Of a stretch of 64,000 bases of DNA, positions 62,412 to 64,000 are shown one piece after another. The notes under the pieces are model-generated. The model saw only the letters and a program-made list of their open reading frames with translations. It was not told the origin of the DNA and ran no database searches. The translations under genes were made by a program, and so were the position numbers. Positions within the stretch are counted from its first letter, which is position 1. Each line of letters starts with the position of its first letter. Source of the DNA: Bacteroidota bacterium (GTDB lineage Bacteria > Bacteroidota > Bacteroidia > AKYH767-A > 2013-40CM-41-45); NCBI GenBank assembly GCA_016720935.1, contig JADKJP010000005.1, positions 173,216 to 237,215 on the forward strand. The letters are read 5' to 3'.

Positions 62412-63500
62412 TTATAATTCACTCACAATTTCTTTTGCCTCCGTTTTAGAAAATCTGGAGCGAATCCAGCGAGGTAAAATGATAGCGCCAATGAACAGGT
62501 AAGGATAGTAACTCACAAGTCTCCACAACAAACCGAGAGAGGCTGATAATCCTTTTGGTATAAATTCTCCGAGAAAATCTGAAAACATGAATTCAGCCAG
62601 ACCACTTCCGCCGGGTGTAGGGCTGAAGAGAATAATAATTCCCATCACTACCTGACGCGCGAATACAATAAAATTTTCTACCGGTACATTGTGAAAAGCA
62701 AGAATGAGACAATTCACAATGGTATATCGGGCTGTCCAGGAAGCGAACGTTCCCGCGAAAGAGTTGAACCAGAATTTACGGCTTTTGTTTTTTAAGCCTT
62801 TAGAAGCAATCACCAGCTGGTTGCCTGTTTCCAGGGCGCTGTGCTTCCATCTTCTCAGAACCGGCAATGAAAACATTTTGATGAGAAGCCATTTCACAAA
62901 ACGTGGGTTCACAAACAATGCATAAGCGACAAAGACCTTGTAAGCAAGAATAATGAAATAGACAATCCAGAACGAATAGAAGAATCCCGATCCGATTTTA
63001 TCTGTATTTAATGTTTCAAGATTTAATGTAGAAAAAAGTCTTTCTTTTCCGATAATGAAATATACCAACGGAGCCATGATAGCCAGGAACACACCATCCT
63101 GAAACGAAGAAAGCATTACAGCAGTAATGCTTTTCCCCATGTTCACTTTTTCCCTGTTGAGAATAAAAATCGCGAAGAAGAATCCTCCACCCAGCATACC
63201 GGGAGCGAGAGCGGATGAAAACTCCCACAACATGATTACATTAAAAGAATTTCTCCAGGAGATCTGATCATCGGTTAGCGCGCGAATCCGGATCATATAG
63301 GCACCATCGCGCACCACCATCATCATCAACGCCATCAAAATCCAGAAGGAAGAACTCCAGCCCCAGGAAATATGAGAAAAAGCCTCACTGTCAAAATTCT
63401 TTAGCAGCAAATAAGTAGCTGCTCCCAGACCCAAAGCGATTGGCAGGAAGATTCGTGATGGACGAAACGTCTTGAGGAGCTGCCTGCTATCGGGTTGCAT
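62412..63500 (-). CDS. Flippase-like / lysylphosphatidylglycerol-synthase-TM-domain family membrane protein (UPF0104)
   Basis: About 8 TM helices, a 'MQPDSRQLLKTF..RIFLPIALGLG' N-terminus and a 'PTPGGSGLAEF' motif. Confidence 0.5.
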   Translation of the reverse strand: MQPDSRQLLKTFRPSRIFLPIALGLGAATYLLLKNFDSEAFSHISWGWSSSFWILMALMMMVVRDGAYMIRIRALTDDQISWRNSFNVIMLWEFSSALAPGMLGGGFFFAIFILNREKVNMGKSITAVMLSSFQDGVFLAIMAPLVYFIIGKERLFSTLNLETLNTDKIGSGFFYSFWIVYFIILAYKVFVAYALFVNPRFVKWLLIKMFSLPVLRRWKHSALETGNQLVIASKGLKNKSRKFWFNSFAGTFASWTARYTIVNCLILAFHNVPVENFIVFARQVVMGIIILFSPTPGGSGLAEFMFSDFLGEFIPKGLSASLGLLWRLVSYYPYLFIGAIILPRWIRSRFSKTEAKEIVSEL

Positions 63501-63515
63501 AGGCGTGTTGGGTGC

Positions 63516-64000
63516 TTAGAGCATCTCGCCGTTGCTTTCGCTGAGCCAGAAATTATTGAAACCCATTCCCAGGGTGATGCGGAGAATTTGTTCCTGGAGC
63601 AGTTCAAGAATCCCCAGGAAAGTAAAGATCGCCTGCACTTTATTATGACAGGCAAGAATTACTTCAGTAAAAGGTAATTTTTCTTTACCTGCGATCATCT
63701 GTCGTACCATCACCTTTTGTTCAGAGATGGTATATGGATACTGGACAATTTTGTGATGTACTTTGTGTTTCTCATCTTCAAAACGCTTGATGACCTTATT
63801 AAAGGTATTGAGCAATTGGTAAAGATTGAGATTCATCAATTCCTCCGCATGGGAATTCTGCAAAGCGATGGTCGCAAGTTCACGCTGAATATTTCCACGC
63901 TCAGTTTTCATCGCACGGTCATCTTCCAAAACACGAAGATCTTCACATGCGGCCTTGTATTGTTTGTACAACAAAAGTCTTTGTACCAAATCCTGACGAG
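63516..64000 (-). CDS. scpA: Segregation and condensation protein A (kleisin), 5' end outside the window
   Basis: 'LLLYKQYKAACEDL...' central region and a winged-helix C-terminus 'FTFLGILELLQEQILRI'. The frame is open to the window edge. Confidence 0.7.
   Translation of the reverse strand, partial: RQDLVQRLLLYKQYKAACEDLRVLEDDRAMKTERGNIQRELATIALQNSHAEELMNLNLYQLLNTFNKVIKRFEDEKHKVHHKIVQYPYTISEQKVMVRQMIAGKEKLPFTEVILACHNKVQAIFTFLGILELLQEQILRITLGMGFNNFWLSESNGEML

Overview
The sequence is AT-rich (roughly 40% GC), uses Bacteroidota-style promoters with no Shine-Dalgarno signals, and carries many T9SS (type IX secretion system) C-terminal sorting domains, so it is most likely a Bacteroidota chromosomal segment (Sphingobacteriia, Chitinophagia or Cytophagia type). 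Most of the window is ordinary housekeeping content: the rpoN 3' end, a tRNA-Met, aspS, tadA, the yceD-rpmF-plsX / fabH / accB-accC lipid cluster, dxs, asnS, cysS, recO and the scpA 5' portion, plus a canonical alpha-2-macroglobulin -> PbpC operon. The accessory content is a run of T9SS-sorted cargo proteins (two tandem CUB-like repeat paralogs, a divergent pair of SBBP beta-propeller proteins, a beta-helix protein, a PorZ-like two-propeller protein, and a mini-protein consisting almost entirely of a type-B C-terminal sorting domain), two stand-alone receiver-domain genes, and a translationally coupled envelope-glycosylation cluster (GT-C-like membrane proteins, a 1089-aa polytopic protein, and a GT9). 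Non-coding structure worth noting includes a 159-bp MITE-like element with perfect 29-bp terminal inverted repeats, a dispersed family of G-tract 'stuttering' intergenic repeats, a 23-aa Lys/Ala-rich micro-ORF with its own promoter-like motif and terminator inside an ORF-free 1.1-kb region, and several rho-independent terminators. The largest anomaly is a ~2.3-kb block (about 60112-62408) made almost entirely of G/C homopolymers that replaces the recO 3' end and the convergent intergenic spacer. Every ORF across it translates to poly-Pro/Gly. I judge it most likely a sequencing or assembly artefact rather than biology, but it is the feature that most needs independent verification. I do not see a convincing, clearly novel multi-gene system such as a defence island; the candidate loci are listed as findings with explicit tests.
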